Positions 40,027-52,474 of a DNA stretch of 64,000 nucleotides are shown piece after piece. Origin of the DNA: Anaeramoeba ignava BMAN (lineage: Eukaryota; Protista; Anaeramoebae). Under the pieces are notes generated by a model. The model was not told the DNA's origin and ran no database searches. It saw only the letters and a list, made by a program, of their open reading frames with translations. How positions within the stretch are numbered: position 1 is the first letter of the stretch; each line of letters starts with the position of its first letter. Position numbers and translations under genes: made by a program. The stretch covers positions 124,001 to 188,000 of the forward strand of contig JAPDFW010000088.1 of NCBI GenBank assembly GCA_028826165.1. The letters run 5' to 3'.

Positions 40027-40122
40027 GTTTTGTGAGATGACGAGAAAAACATTAAACCAGTTATCCCTTACTGAAGGTACCATGACTGATTTACATTGAT
40101 TACCAGTTTCTGATCACAAAAC
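40027..40122 (+). ncRNA. Box C/D snoRNA, snR38/SNORD1-like
   Basis: 9-bp terminal stem GTTTTGTGA/TCACAAAAC, box C ATGACGA 40037, D' CTGA 40071, C' ATGACTG 40082, D CTGA 40110. The D' guide CCAGTTATCCCT is antisense to LSU rRNA AGGGAUAACUGG. Confidence 0.88.
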
Positions 40123-40426
40123 TTCAATTTCAAAAATGTTTTTTTATTTCAATTTCAATTTGTTTCAATTTATTTCAATTTATTTTAATTTCAATTTATT
40201 TTAATTTCAATTTCAATTTTAATTTTAATTTCAATTTATTTCAATTTGTTTCAATTTCAATTTATTTCAATTTTAATTTATTTCAATTTATTTCAATTTA
40301 TTTCAATTTCAATTTATTTAAATTTATTTCAATTTATTTTAATTTCAATTTCAAAAATGTTTTTTTTGTTTTTGTTGTTTTTGTTTTTGTTTTTTTGTTT
40401 TTTTGTTTTTCATTTTTTCAAATCAA

Positions 40427-41929
40427 ATGATTTCTCAAAGTTTACAAAATTTAAATTTAAACAAACAAATTAATTCAGAATTAATTGATCAAGAATCTTT
40501 TTCTATTAAATCTCAATCTAATTCTTCTAATTCTTTAAATAAACAAAATGAATTTGAAAATGAATTTGAAAATGATTTTAATCAAAAAAAAGAATTTTCC
40601 CAAATTTCTCAATCTTCTTCAATTAAAACAATAGAATTTCAAGAAAAAACTCAAAAAAGAAGAGAAAGTAAAATTTAAATTTAAATTTAAAATTAGATTT
40701 TAATTTTGATTTTAATTTTTTTGTTATTTTTAATCAAAACAAAAATAAAACAGTTATTTTACAAGCTTTTAATAATTTACAAAAAAAAATGGAAGAACTT
40801 AAAAATAATCGAGATTTTCTTCAATCAAAATTTCTTAATTTTAATCAACAAAAAGAATCACAAAATGAACAAATAAATCAAATTATTTCCCAAAAAATGA
40901 AACTTTTTTCAAATCAATTTCATTCTTTAATGAATAAAATTGAAGAAATGAAGAATTATTCTCAAAAAGAAAAATCAAATCCAAAAAGAATTCAAATTAT
41001 TCAATCAAAACTTGAAAAAATTCTAAATTTTTTCAAAATAGAAGAAAATGAAAATAACCAAATATTTAAAAATATTGAAAATTTAAAACAAATTAGTGTT
41101 CAAATCCAACAATTTCAAAAATCATGGAAAAATTTTAAACAAAAGGAACAAGATGAAAAAAACTATCAAATTAATAAAATTAAATCATTAGAAAGAAAGA
41201 ATCAAATTTTAAAAGAGGAAATGAATTTTTGTTCTAAATTAGCTGATCAATTTGCAAATCAAATTGAAAATCAAAATCAAAATCAAAATCAAAATCAAAA
41301 TAAAAATCAAAATCAAAATCAAAATCAAAATCAAAATCAAAATCAAAATCAATATCAAAATCAAAATCAAAATCAAAATCAAAATCAAAATCAAAATCAA
41401 AATCAAAATCAAAATAGAAAAATCAAAAAAAAATCAAAATTAAAAATCAAAAAAAATCAAAATCAAAATCAAAAATCAAAAATCAATTTCAAAAATCAAA
41501 ATCAAAATCAAAAAATCAAAATCAAAATCAATCAAAAAATCAAAATTAAAAATCAAAAATCAAAAATTAAAAAGGAAAAAATCAAAATCAAAATCAAAAT
41601 CAAAATCAAAATCAAAATCAAAATCAAAATCAAAATCAAAATCAAAATCAAAATCAAAATCAAAATCAAAATCAAAATCAAAATCAAATCAAAATCAAAT
41701 TCAAAATCAAAATCAAAATCAAAACAAAAATCAAAATCAAAATCAAAATCAAATTCAAAATCAAATTCAAAGAAAAACTATTCAAACAAAAAAATCAAAA
41801 TCCTTCGTAAATAATTCCCAAAAAATTCAAAATCAAAATCAATCCATTTTTCCTTCAAAAACAATACATTTTCCAAATGATACTCAAATTTTTTATATTC
41901 CAGATCAAAGATCAGTTAGATCTTTATAA
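40427..41929 (+). CDS. Coiled-coil protein (weak resemblance to the Cep57 N-terminal domain); intron 40668-40753; frameshifts in the NQ tract
   Basis: Spliced junction RRE-IILQAFNNLQKKMEELKNNRD. A non-repeat tail ends ..YIPDQRSVRSL* at 41929. Confidence 0.55.
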
Positions 41930-42011
41930 AAAGAAAAAAAGAAAATTTGAGAAAATAAATTGATCTTTTTCAAGAAAGAAAAGAAAAAAAAATAAATTTT
42001 TTTTTCCTTTT

Positions 42012-43097
42012 TCAGTTTTTTAGATTAGGTTCATCATCAAGTAACAAATAATTTAATTCAGCAATTTTCTGTTGATTCCATTTCTTTTTATTCAAAGATC
42101 TCTTTTCTAAAAGTGGTTCATTTCCTTTTCGGGATTTTTTCACAGTTGAAAGATCAACATGAAAACCAATAGCTAAAGCAAATGCAGGAATAACATCAAA
42201 AATCAACGACCAAATAAAGAAGAAAATAAAGAATCTGTGAGAAGATTTTGACAAGTAATTAAAAAAACCGCGTTTTTTATAAGTAACAAGATCAAAAATA
42301 CAACGAACAAAAAAAAGAACAAAAAAGAACACAATCAAACCAAATAATATTCTCATTCGTCTTTTTTGGAAAGGTTTTAACGACATAAACGAAAGTGTTC
42401 GATAGAATTTAACACCAATTGCTCCAGTTAATATTGATAATACTAAAAGTTCAATTCCATAAAAAATCATGTGAGAAGAAGTTGAATTTTCTTGATCAGA
42501 TAAAGCAGCAGCCACAAAAGCCATTGAGAAAGAAATCAGCCCTAAAATTATAAATAATGGATTAAGAATTTTTCTATAGAAAGTATTTGTTCCTGATGCG
42601 TAATAAGAAGCTGAAACTAAAAACCAATTTAAAAGAAGAAATCTACAATGTAATTTTTTTAGAAAAATTTTTTTTTCTTTTTAGTCCATTAATTTTGCTA
42701 TTTTTTTTTAAATTATTATTTACGTGTAGAATTGTAAGAAAGAAGGAAAAGAGAAAACAAAGAAAAATCTAATTTTTTCATTGTCTAAATGAAGACCAGA
42801 AAAATTCATAATTGTTCGAAGAATCAAAAACAAAATTGAAAATAAAAGGATAAAAGCTCGAAAAAGAACAGGAGGTTTCATTGGAGAACACCAACTAAAA
42901 ATTTTAATTTCAATTTAAATTCAATTCAAATTCAATTTCTCTTTCCGATTTAATTTTTACTTATTAATTTTCAAGTTTCGGAAAAATTCATAAATTGTAA
43001 AAATTAATACAACAAAAAAACAAAAAGAAAGTATATATAAAAAGGGACTGTTTGTTGTTAAAGCAGAAAAATGTTCACTAACGTTATCATCTGACAT
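42012..43097 (-). CDS. 7-TM protein, GPR137/THH1-TOM1-like; exons 43097-42961, 42894-42724, 42642-42012
   Basis: Spliced FPSFLQFYTFLLLNWF, LFFVRCIFD and FDVIP, with seven hydrophobic segments. Introns are frame-consistent. Confidence 0.75.
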
Positions 43098-43330
43098 TTT
43101 TTTTTATATATATAATTATAAAAATAATAGGAAAATAATAGGAAAAAAAAAAATGAAAACTTGAAAACTTGAAAAAAAAAAAACTTCATTTTGAATTTAT
43201 TGATTATGGCAAATGAAAAGGTAAAAAAAAAAAAAATCCAAATTTCAAAATTGTTTTTTCAAAGAATGTTTGTTTGCATTTTATGTTGAAATCTTTTTTG
43301 CTTTCTTTATTTTTGAAATTTCTTTTTTTT

Positions 43331-46300
43331 TTAAAATTTCTCTTTTGGATTTTTTGGAGATGTTTTTTCTAAAGATTTGTTTTTTCTGTAAAAATGAATA
43401 AAAGAGGATGTTCCAAAAACCAAAAAGAAGATTATCCAAGAATTGCGAATATAAGTTGGCATATTACGAGGATATAAACCTTGTCCAAATTTAATTCCAA
43501 GAATAGTTTCAATTATAACAACCAGAAAGGAGATGTACATTTGAAAGTGGTATTTTGAGTTTCTATTTTTTATATTTAAATTTTGATTTAAATTTGATTT
43601 AATTTTGATTTAATTTTTGATTTGATTTAAAATTTGATTTAATTTTGATTTAAATTTGATTTAAATTTGATTTAAATTTGATTTAAATTTGATTTAAATT
43701 TTGATTTAAATTTGATTTAAATTTGATTTAAATTTTGATTTAAATTTGATTTAATTTTTGATTTAAATTTTGATTTAAATTTGATTTGGATTTGATTTAA
43801 ATTTTGATTTAAATTTGATTTAAATTTGATTTAAATTTGATTTGGATTTGATTTAAATTTGATTTAAATTTGATTTAAATTTGATTTAAATTTGATTTGG
43901 ATTTGATTTAAATTTGATTTAAATTTGATTTAAATTTGATTTAAATTTGATTTAAATTTGATTTAAATTTTGATTTAAATTTGATTTAAATTTGATTTAA
44001 ATTTGATTTAAATTTGATTTAAAATTTGATTTAAAGTTTGATTTAAATTTTGATTTAAATTTGATTTAAATTGATTTAAATTTGATTTAAATTTGATTTA
44101 AATTTGATTTAAATTTGATTTAAATTTGATTTAAATTTGATTTAAATTTGATTTAAATTTGATTTAAATTTGATTTAAATTTGATTTAAATTTTGATTTA
44201 AATTTGATTTAAATTTGATTTAAATTTGATTTAAATTTTGATTTTAAATTTTTTGATTTGATTTTAAATTTGATTTAAATTTGATTTGAATTTGATTTAA
44301 ATTTGATTTAAATTTGGATTTGATTTAATTTTGATTTAAATTTGATTTAATTTTGATTTTAAATTTGATTTAAATTTGATTTAATTTTTGATTTAAATTT
44401 GATTTGATTTAAATTTTGATTTAAATTTGATTTAAATTTGATTTAAATTTGATTTTTTTAAAATTTGATTTAAAATTTGATTTTAAATTTGATTTAAATT
44501 TGATTTAAATTTGATTTGATTTAATTTTGATTTAAATTTGATTTAAATTTGATTTAAATTTGATTTAAATTTTGATTTAAATTTGATTTAAATTTGATTT
44601 AAATTTTGATTTAAATTTGATTTAAATTTGATTTAAATTTGATTTAAATTTGATTTAAATTTGATTTAAATTTGATTTAATTTTTGATTTAAATTTGATT
44701 TAAATTTTGATTTGGATTTAAATTTGATTTAATTTTGATTTGAATTTGATTTAAAATTTGATTTAAATTTGATTTAATTTTGATTTAAATTTGATTTAAT
44801 TTTTGATTTAAATTTGATTTAAATTTGATTTAAATTTTGATTTAAATTTGATTTAAATTTGATTTAAATTTGATTTAATTTTTGATTTAATTTTGATTTA
44901 AATTTGATTTAAATTTGATTTAAATTTGATTTAATTTTGATTTAAATTTGATTTAAATTTGATTTAAATTTGATTTAAAATTTGATTTAAATTTGATTTA
45001 ATTTTGATTTAATTTTGATTTAATTTTGATTTAAATTTGATTTAGAATATTACGGTGTATTGATATATTCGTAAAATTCTTTGATAGTTTCAACACCAGA
45101 TAAAGCAAAAATAATCAAACTAAAAAAAGAAGAATAAAAATAAAAAAAATTAACCAAGAAATGAAGAAATCAAGAAATAAAATAATTACCGAATTGGATT
45201 TAAAGGATGTTCAGGAGGAATCCACAATGGATATTTCATAAAAAAGACATTAAGTTCAGAAATCTCAGCAAAAGAAAAAAGGAAAATTGCTGCAAAAAAT
45301 TTCTTTGGAGAATCAAACATATCCCAATGATAATTTTTCCAAGTTTGAGAAAACCAAGAAAGAGAAAGGAATCTTGGTTTTGATTTTTGTTGGTTATCCT
45401 TTTCATTCTCATTTTCAATAGTATGACCAAACCAATGGAATTTCTGATCAAAAACAAAATGAATTATTTTTGATTAATTATTTTTGATTAATTATTTTTG
45501 ATTAATTATTTGATTAATTATTTTTGATTAATTATTTGATTAATTATTTGATTAATTATTTGATTTAACAAGTTATACTTGAAGCTTAGCCTTTTTAATA
45601 ACCCACATTCCAACAAACATTGCAATTGCATTACATCCTAAAGCATCAACTATAATATGATCCCACCAGCATTCACTTAAGTTTTCAAGCAAATGTTGAA
45701 ATGTGATTTCAAGAAATTCAAAGACTATACTTATTCCCCATAACATTACAATATCTCTAAAAATGAGGGTTTTAACAAACTAACAAAATTTTATAATTAG
45801 ATTTATATTTAGATTTAGATTTAGATTTAGATTTAGATTTAGATTTATATTTATATTTATATTTATATTTATATTTATATTTATATTTAGATTTAGATTT
45901 AGATTTAGATTTAGATTTAGATTTATATTTATATTTAGATTTATATTAATATTTATATTTTATTTATATTTATATTTATATTTATATTTATATTTATATT
46001 TATATTTATATTTATATTTATATTTATATTTATATTTATATTTATATTTATATTTGGATTTATATTTTTATAATTAGATTTATATTTAGATTTATATTTA
46101 TATTAATATTTATATTTATATTTATATTTATATTTATATTTTTATAATTAGATTTATATTTAGATTTATATTTATATTTTATATTTATATTTATATTTAT
46201 AATTATATTTATATTTATATTTATAATTATATTTATATTTTATATTTATATTTATATTTTATATTTTATATTTATATTTATATTTATATTTATATTTATA

Positions 46301-47907
46301 TTTATATTTATAGATTTATATTTATATTAATATTTATATTTATATTAATATTTATATTTATATTTATTATATTTATATTTATATTTATATTTTATATTTA
46401 TATTTATATTTATAATTTTATATTTTATATTTATATTTATTTTATTTTTATATTTTATATTTATATTTATATTTATATTTATATTTATATTTATATTTAT
46501 ATTTAGATTTATATTTTAATTTAGATTTATTTTTATATTTTATATTTATTTTATATTTTATTTTCAAATATTTTTAATTATTATATTTTATATTTATATT
46601 TATATTTATATTTATATTTATATTTATATTTATATTTATATTTATATTTATATTTATATTTATTTTATATTTTATATTATATTTATATTTATATTTTATT
46701 TTTAGTTATATTTGATTTTTATATTTATATTTTATTTTTAGATTTATATTTTATATTTATATTTATATTTATATTTAGATTCAGATTTATATTTATATTT
46801 ATATTTATATTTATATTTATATTTATATTTATATTTATATTTAGATTTATATTTATATTTATATTTATATTTATGATTTATATTTATGTTTATATTTATA
46901 TTTCAATATTTAGATTTAGATTTTTATTTATATTTATATTTATATTTATATTTATATTTATATTTATATTTATATTTATATTTTATATTTATATTTATAT
47001 TTATATTTTATATTTATATTTATATTTATATTTAGATTTAGATTTATATTTATATTTATATTTAATATTTATATTTAGATTTATATTTATAATTATATTC
47101 AATTTATATTTATATTTATATTTATATTTATATTTATAATTAGATTTATATTTATATTTAGATTTAGATTTAGATTTATATTTAGATTTAGATTTATATT
47201 TATATTTATATTTATATTTATATTTATATTTATATTTAGATTTAGATTTAGATTTAGATTTATATTTAATATTTATATTTATATTTATATTTATATTTAG
47301 ATTTATATTTATATTTATATTTAGATTTATATTTATATTTATATTTATATTTAATAATATGCACCCATCCTAATAAATGAGCTAGTACATAAACATCCAA
47401 AACAACATTTTTAACATTTCTAAAGTTAGAAGTAGGATCATTTGGGGTATAAATATCACAACTTTGAGCATAATCAAATTCAACAAGAGGTTTTCCAAGT
47501 GAAGAATCAAAAAAAAGAAAAACTTTACGAGCTTCTTCACGAGATAAAAAGAGTAAAAAAGATACGAAACCTAAATAAAGAAGAGAAATTGCTTTTGCTA
47601 ATTTAAAAACTAAAGGATGAGGCCAATTAAAATAGGAGTCTTGAATATAAGGAACAGATAAAATAATAAAAAGAATAACAACCATTCCAACAGTTCTTTA
47701 AAAATTTTAATTGAAAATTTTAATTGAAAATTTTAATTGAATTTTTAATTGAAATTTTTTAATTGAAATATCAAACATCCTCATTTGTGTTAATCTTGAA
47801 TAGACTTGCGAAAAAAATGTAAAATGAATGAAAAATATTGCAAATATTATTATTGCAAAAATTGTTGAAATTCTTAACATTTTTGAATTTTTTTTGGTTT
47901 CTTTCAT
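43331..47907 (-). CDS. PTDSS: Phosphatidylserine synthase (base-exchange, PSS1/2 family); exons 47907-47777, 47695-47365, 45779-45579, 45443-45190, 45119-45054, 43562-43331
   Basis: WPHP, YAQSC, DVYVLAHLLGWFVKTLIFRD, FEFLEITFQHLLENLSECWWDH..D..GCN, ELNVFFMKY.LWIPPEHP, KEFYEYI. The start could instead be ATG 47880. Confidence 0.93.
43570..45045. repeat. 11-mer AAATTTGATTT intronic array
   Basis: Fills PSS intron 5. Confidence 0.9.
45795..47355. repeat. 6-mer TTTATA/TTTAGA intronic array
   Basis: Fills PSS intron 2. Confidence 0.9.
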
Positions 47908-48071
47908 TTTTATTTTTTATAATAATAAAAATTTAAATTGAAAAAAGAAAAAATGAAAAAAAATTTTTTTTTTGAATTATTTTTGAATAAAATTTGATTG
48001 ATTTAATTAAATTAAAAAAAAGTGTCAAAAAAAAAAGAAAAAAAAAAAAAGGATCATTTTCTTCCTTTTTG

Positions 48072-51000
48072 TTATTTTTGTCTGGGTTCATTTTTCAAGG
48101 ACATTTTATAAAGAACATTCTCGTCTGACTCGAAAGGAAGATTTTCCAAAGCTTGTTGTATTTCAGGAACTATATGGAGATCGAAAGAAGCGCGTTGAAA
48201 TTTTTGGATTTGGAGGATAATTTTTGAAATCATTCGATGTTTATCGAAATTGATAAGACTGTTATCAGTGATGGTGCTTGGATTTCCATCCTCTATGAAA
48301 GTGAGATCAGTAAGAAAAATGCCGACATAGGGTATAAGGGGTTGGTTTGCTTTTTTTTCTAATTCGGAACGGAAACGTTTGTAGGAGCCTTGGGCGCCCA
48401 TAAGCGTTGTAAGGTCTTCAAAGGCCTCTATATCCTTGCTTGGGAGCTGTTCCCATGTGTTCTTCATACGATGAACACAAGCGTTATGCAAACCGCCGAT
48501 GATTTCCATAACGGCGTTGAAATTATTTAAATTGCGACATTCTTTGCCAATCGAGATGAATCTTTGTAAAGTTAACGTTCTTTGATTAAGTGACTTAACT
48601 TTAACAACTTCCGTTGTGACCCAAAGAGAAACGTTGTTAAAACGTGTGATTAGTTTCAATAAATTTGCGGCTTTCTGGGTTTTTTTTGTTTTGTGACTCC
48701 ATATTTTTTTGAGGAATTCCGACGGTTGAATTTTTTGGAATAAATTCATTTCAAATAAAGTTAATTGTCGCGCAATTTCGACAGGATTTATACTAAGAAT
48801 GTCGATATTTGGATCGAGTCTTTTGGGAATTTTGCTTTTGGGTGTTTTTCCGCTTGTTCTTGATGGAATCAAGACTTCATCATCAGGAACAAAACCTTGC
48901 AATTTGCTGTTGTGTTTCTCGATGATTTTTGTTGTGAATCTTTTGATTTCCTCGAATTTTGTCTCGGTCATTATTTTCAAAAGAAGGTTATTTACTTGGT
49001 CGAAAATGGGTGATTTATAAAGAAACGAGTTATCAATTTGGGCTGTTTTGTTGGAAAGGTTTTCGGAGTCCACATTCGGATCCAAAAGGAAATCATTGAA
49101 GAAATATGTGATCCACAAAAAGAAAAATTGAGTCACTCTTTTTTGCACAAAAAGTGATTTTGTGTCTGTTGAATCTTTGCAGTTTTCAAGAGAGCGGATT
49201 GTCTCTTTTTCAAGTGTTTCCATAACAAGTTGAGTTGTTGTAAAAGTTCTGAAAGTGATCAAGAAATCGTTGATAAAGTCTGGGCTTTCATTTTCTTCAC
49301 AAACAAGAAGATGAGCGAGTTTTTCGGGTTTTCCCGCTTTGACACAAAACGAATTCTCAATTTTCTCAATAAGAAGTGATTGCGGATCCTCCAATTTCTT
49401 GAGGGATTCGTTGATGATTTTTGTGTTTTCTTCAATGATGTTTTGGAATTCCGATTTGATTGACTCGGAACTGCGGGATTCTTGGGCTCCAACACCTAAA
49501 TTCCCGCTAAGTGATAAATTTGGATCGGATGTTTCCTTGAGTTTTTTCTTGCTCAATTTGGATTCGAGTTTCTCGATTTTCTCTTTGAATTTACTCGACA
49601 AAGAATCATGAGCAGATTGAAGTTTTTTAAGTTTTGATTCTTTTGCTTTGAGTTCGTTTGTTGTTTTATCCAATTCATGTTTTGTTTCGATAAATTTGCG
49701 TTCGATTTCCTGTTTTTCCTTGACAATTTGATCATATTGGATTGAATATTGCTTGACCTTTTGTGTTTCGCCTTCGAATTTCTTATTCATATCTTTCAGC
49801 TCCATTTTCAAATCTTGAATTTCGAGTTTTGTGTTCTTATTTTGCTCGAAATTCTTTTCCATCTTTAAAACTCCTTTTGATTTTAGCAGATCTTGAAGAT
49901 CCAAATTGATTTTGCTTTGCTCTTTATATTCCTTTTCTAATCCTTCATATCTTTTTCGATATGTTTCGTTTTCCTGTTTAAAACCGCGCAATTCCTTCTG
50001 CAATTTTTGTTTTTCTTCAGAAATTCTCAAGTTTTCTTCTTGACTGAACATGATTTCCTGTTCAAGTTTTGTTTTTTCAATTTGCAATTCTTCAATAGTT
50101 GATTCTTGTATTTGTGTTTCTTGCTCTTTGATTTCATACTCAGTTAATTTTTTTCTTAACTCCTGATTTTTTTGTTGCAATTGTTTGTTTTTTTCATATT
50201 GTGAATGTGCGTTTTTTTTCTGTTTTTCCATTTCTTGAAACATTTTGAGGTTTTCTTTCTCTAATTCTGAAAATTGTCCTTTCATCGCCATATATTCCTG
50301 ACTTAATTGTCCAACTTCTCTTTGAAGTTCAAGATTTTCCAAATAAACTTCTTGATTTTCATCTTCTAACGACTTGAATAAAATTATATTAATTATAATA
50401 ATTATTAATTAAAATGATTATTAATTATAATAATTATTAATTAAAATGATTATTAATTATAATAATTATTAATTAAAATGATTAAAGTGATTAAAATGAT
50501 TATATTAATTAAAGTAATTAAAGTAATTAAAATAATTATAAATAATTAAAAATTAAAATAATTAAAATAATTAAAGTAATTAAAGTAATTAAAGTAATTA
50601 AAAGTTAAAGTGAATTAAAATAATTAAAATAATTATTTTAATTAAAATATCTTGATGAATTCTTTTCGAATTAATTTTTCGAATTAAGAAAGAAAAATAA
50701 ATTAAAATTAAAATCAATTTCAAAGTTTTCTTTTTAATGAATTATTTTACTTGTAATTGTAATATAATTTTTCTTTTATGAAGCTAATTTTGAAGATAAG
50801 CAACTATTCTTTATCAGAATTTGTTTCCTTAAACTGAAATTTGATTTTGAAGATAATATTAAACTATTAAAATAAATATTAAAATATTAAAAAGAATTTG
50901 TTAAATAAATATTAAAATATTAAAATAAATATTAAAATATTAAAATATTAAAATAAATATTAAAATAAATATTAAAATAAATATTAAATATTTACACCAA

Positions 51001-52280
51001 CAACAGTGCTAAATTGTTTTGTCACATCTGATTGTTGTTTTATAATTGTTTCTAATGATTGAATATATTTCTCTAATTTTGCTTTTTCTTGAATTTCAAT
51101 TTGAAGTTGATTGTTTAATTCTATAAATGTGGAATTTGATTGAAATTGATTTTGTTGAAGAATTTTCTGGTTTAATTCTTCAATGATTTGTGTATAAAAT
51201 TCCATATCTTTTTCTTTTGCTGATAAAATTTCTTGAAGTTCTTGATTTTGTTGAAAAATTCGATTTCTATCTTGAATAATCATTTCGAATTTATCCTTTA
51301 AACTTGCAAAAAGTTGAGCTTCTTGATTTTTTTCTCTTTCCTAATTTTAAAATTAAATTTAAAAATTTAATATTGATATTGATATTGATATTGATATTGA
51401 TATTGATATTTATATTGATATTGATATTGATATTTATATTTATATTTATATTTATATTTATTTTGATTTTGATTTTGATTTTGATGTTGATATTGATATT
51501 GATATTGATATTTATATTGATATTGATATTGATATTTATATTGATATTGATATTGATATTGATATTGATATTGATATTGATATTGATATTGATATTGATA
51601 TTGATATTGATATTGATATTGATATTGATATTGATATTGATATTGATATTGATTTTGATTTTGATTTTGATTTTGATTTTGATTTTGATTTTTATTTTTG
51701 ATTTTGATTTTGATTTTGATTTTGATTTTGATATTGATTTTGATATTGATTTTGATTTTGATTTTATTTTGATATTTTCATTTTGATTTTGATATTGAAA
51801 TTGTTTATATACTTTCATTAATATATTTTCTGCTGAAAGTTGTTTTAAAGCTTCTAGTAACTTATTTCTTTCCATCATAACCTATAATGGAAAAATAGTT
51901 ATAATAAGATTTAAAAATCTTTTTGAGAAAAAAGTAAATTTTTTTACTTGATCAAAATGATCACTTTTTTGTTTAAAAGTTAATAATTGATTTTGTAAAA
52001 CTTGTGAATTCACGAATTCTTGAGTCTAAACATAATAATCAAAAGAATAAAAGAAAAAAAACAAAAATAAAAGGAAATGATAAAAAAAAACTAATTGTTA
52101 AAATTGAAAATGAATTAATTAAATTGATTGGTTTTTAACCATTCTATTTTGTAATTGTTCTTCTTTTTTTTTTAATTGTAATTCTAAATTTTGTTTTGTT
52201 TGATTAAGTGAATTATTTTCTTGAATTAATTTTGAAGCTAAAATTCTAAGTTGTTCTGGTTGAAAATGTGAGAAATCCAT
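48072..52280 (-). CDS. RasGEF (REM + CDC25) with a long N-terminal coiled coil; exons 52280-52140, 52025-51948, 51881-51813, 51340-50996, (50783-50751?), 50372-48072
   Basis: VKAGKPEKL, FLITFRTFTT, EIARQLTL, FNNVSLWV, LNNFNAVMEIIGGL, IPYVGIFLTDLTFIEDGN, INFDK. Upstream exons join in frame; the junction near 50400-51000 is uncertain. Confidence 0.88.
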
Positions 52281-52474
52281 TTGAAAAAAAATAAAAAAAA
52301 TGAAAAAAATGAAAAAATGAAAAAATGAAAAAATGAAAAAATGAAAAAATAATTTTGTTTTTTTATTTATTTTTTTATTTTTGTGACATCATTTTTTTTC
52401 TTCTTTCCTTCTTTTATCTTTCAATTCCAATTTAAATTATAAAAAAAAAATTATAAAAAAAAATTTTTTTTTAA
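52281..52474. promoter_or_regulatory. Bidirectional promoter between RasGEF and EFL1 with tandem Inr-like motifs and a CRE/AP-1-like TGACATCA (52384-52391)
   Basis: 194-bp divergent gap. About six AAAAATGAA copies (TTCATTTTT on the minus strand) lie before the RasGEF ATG. Confidence 0.5.
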
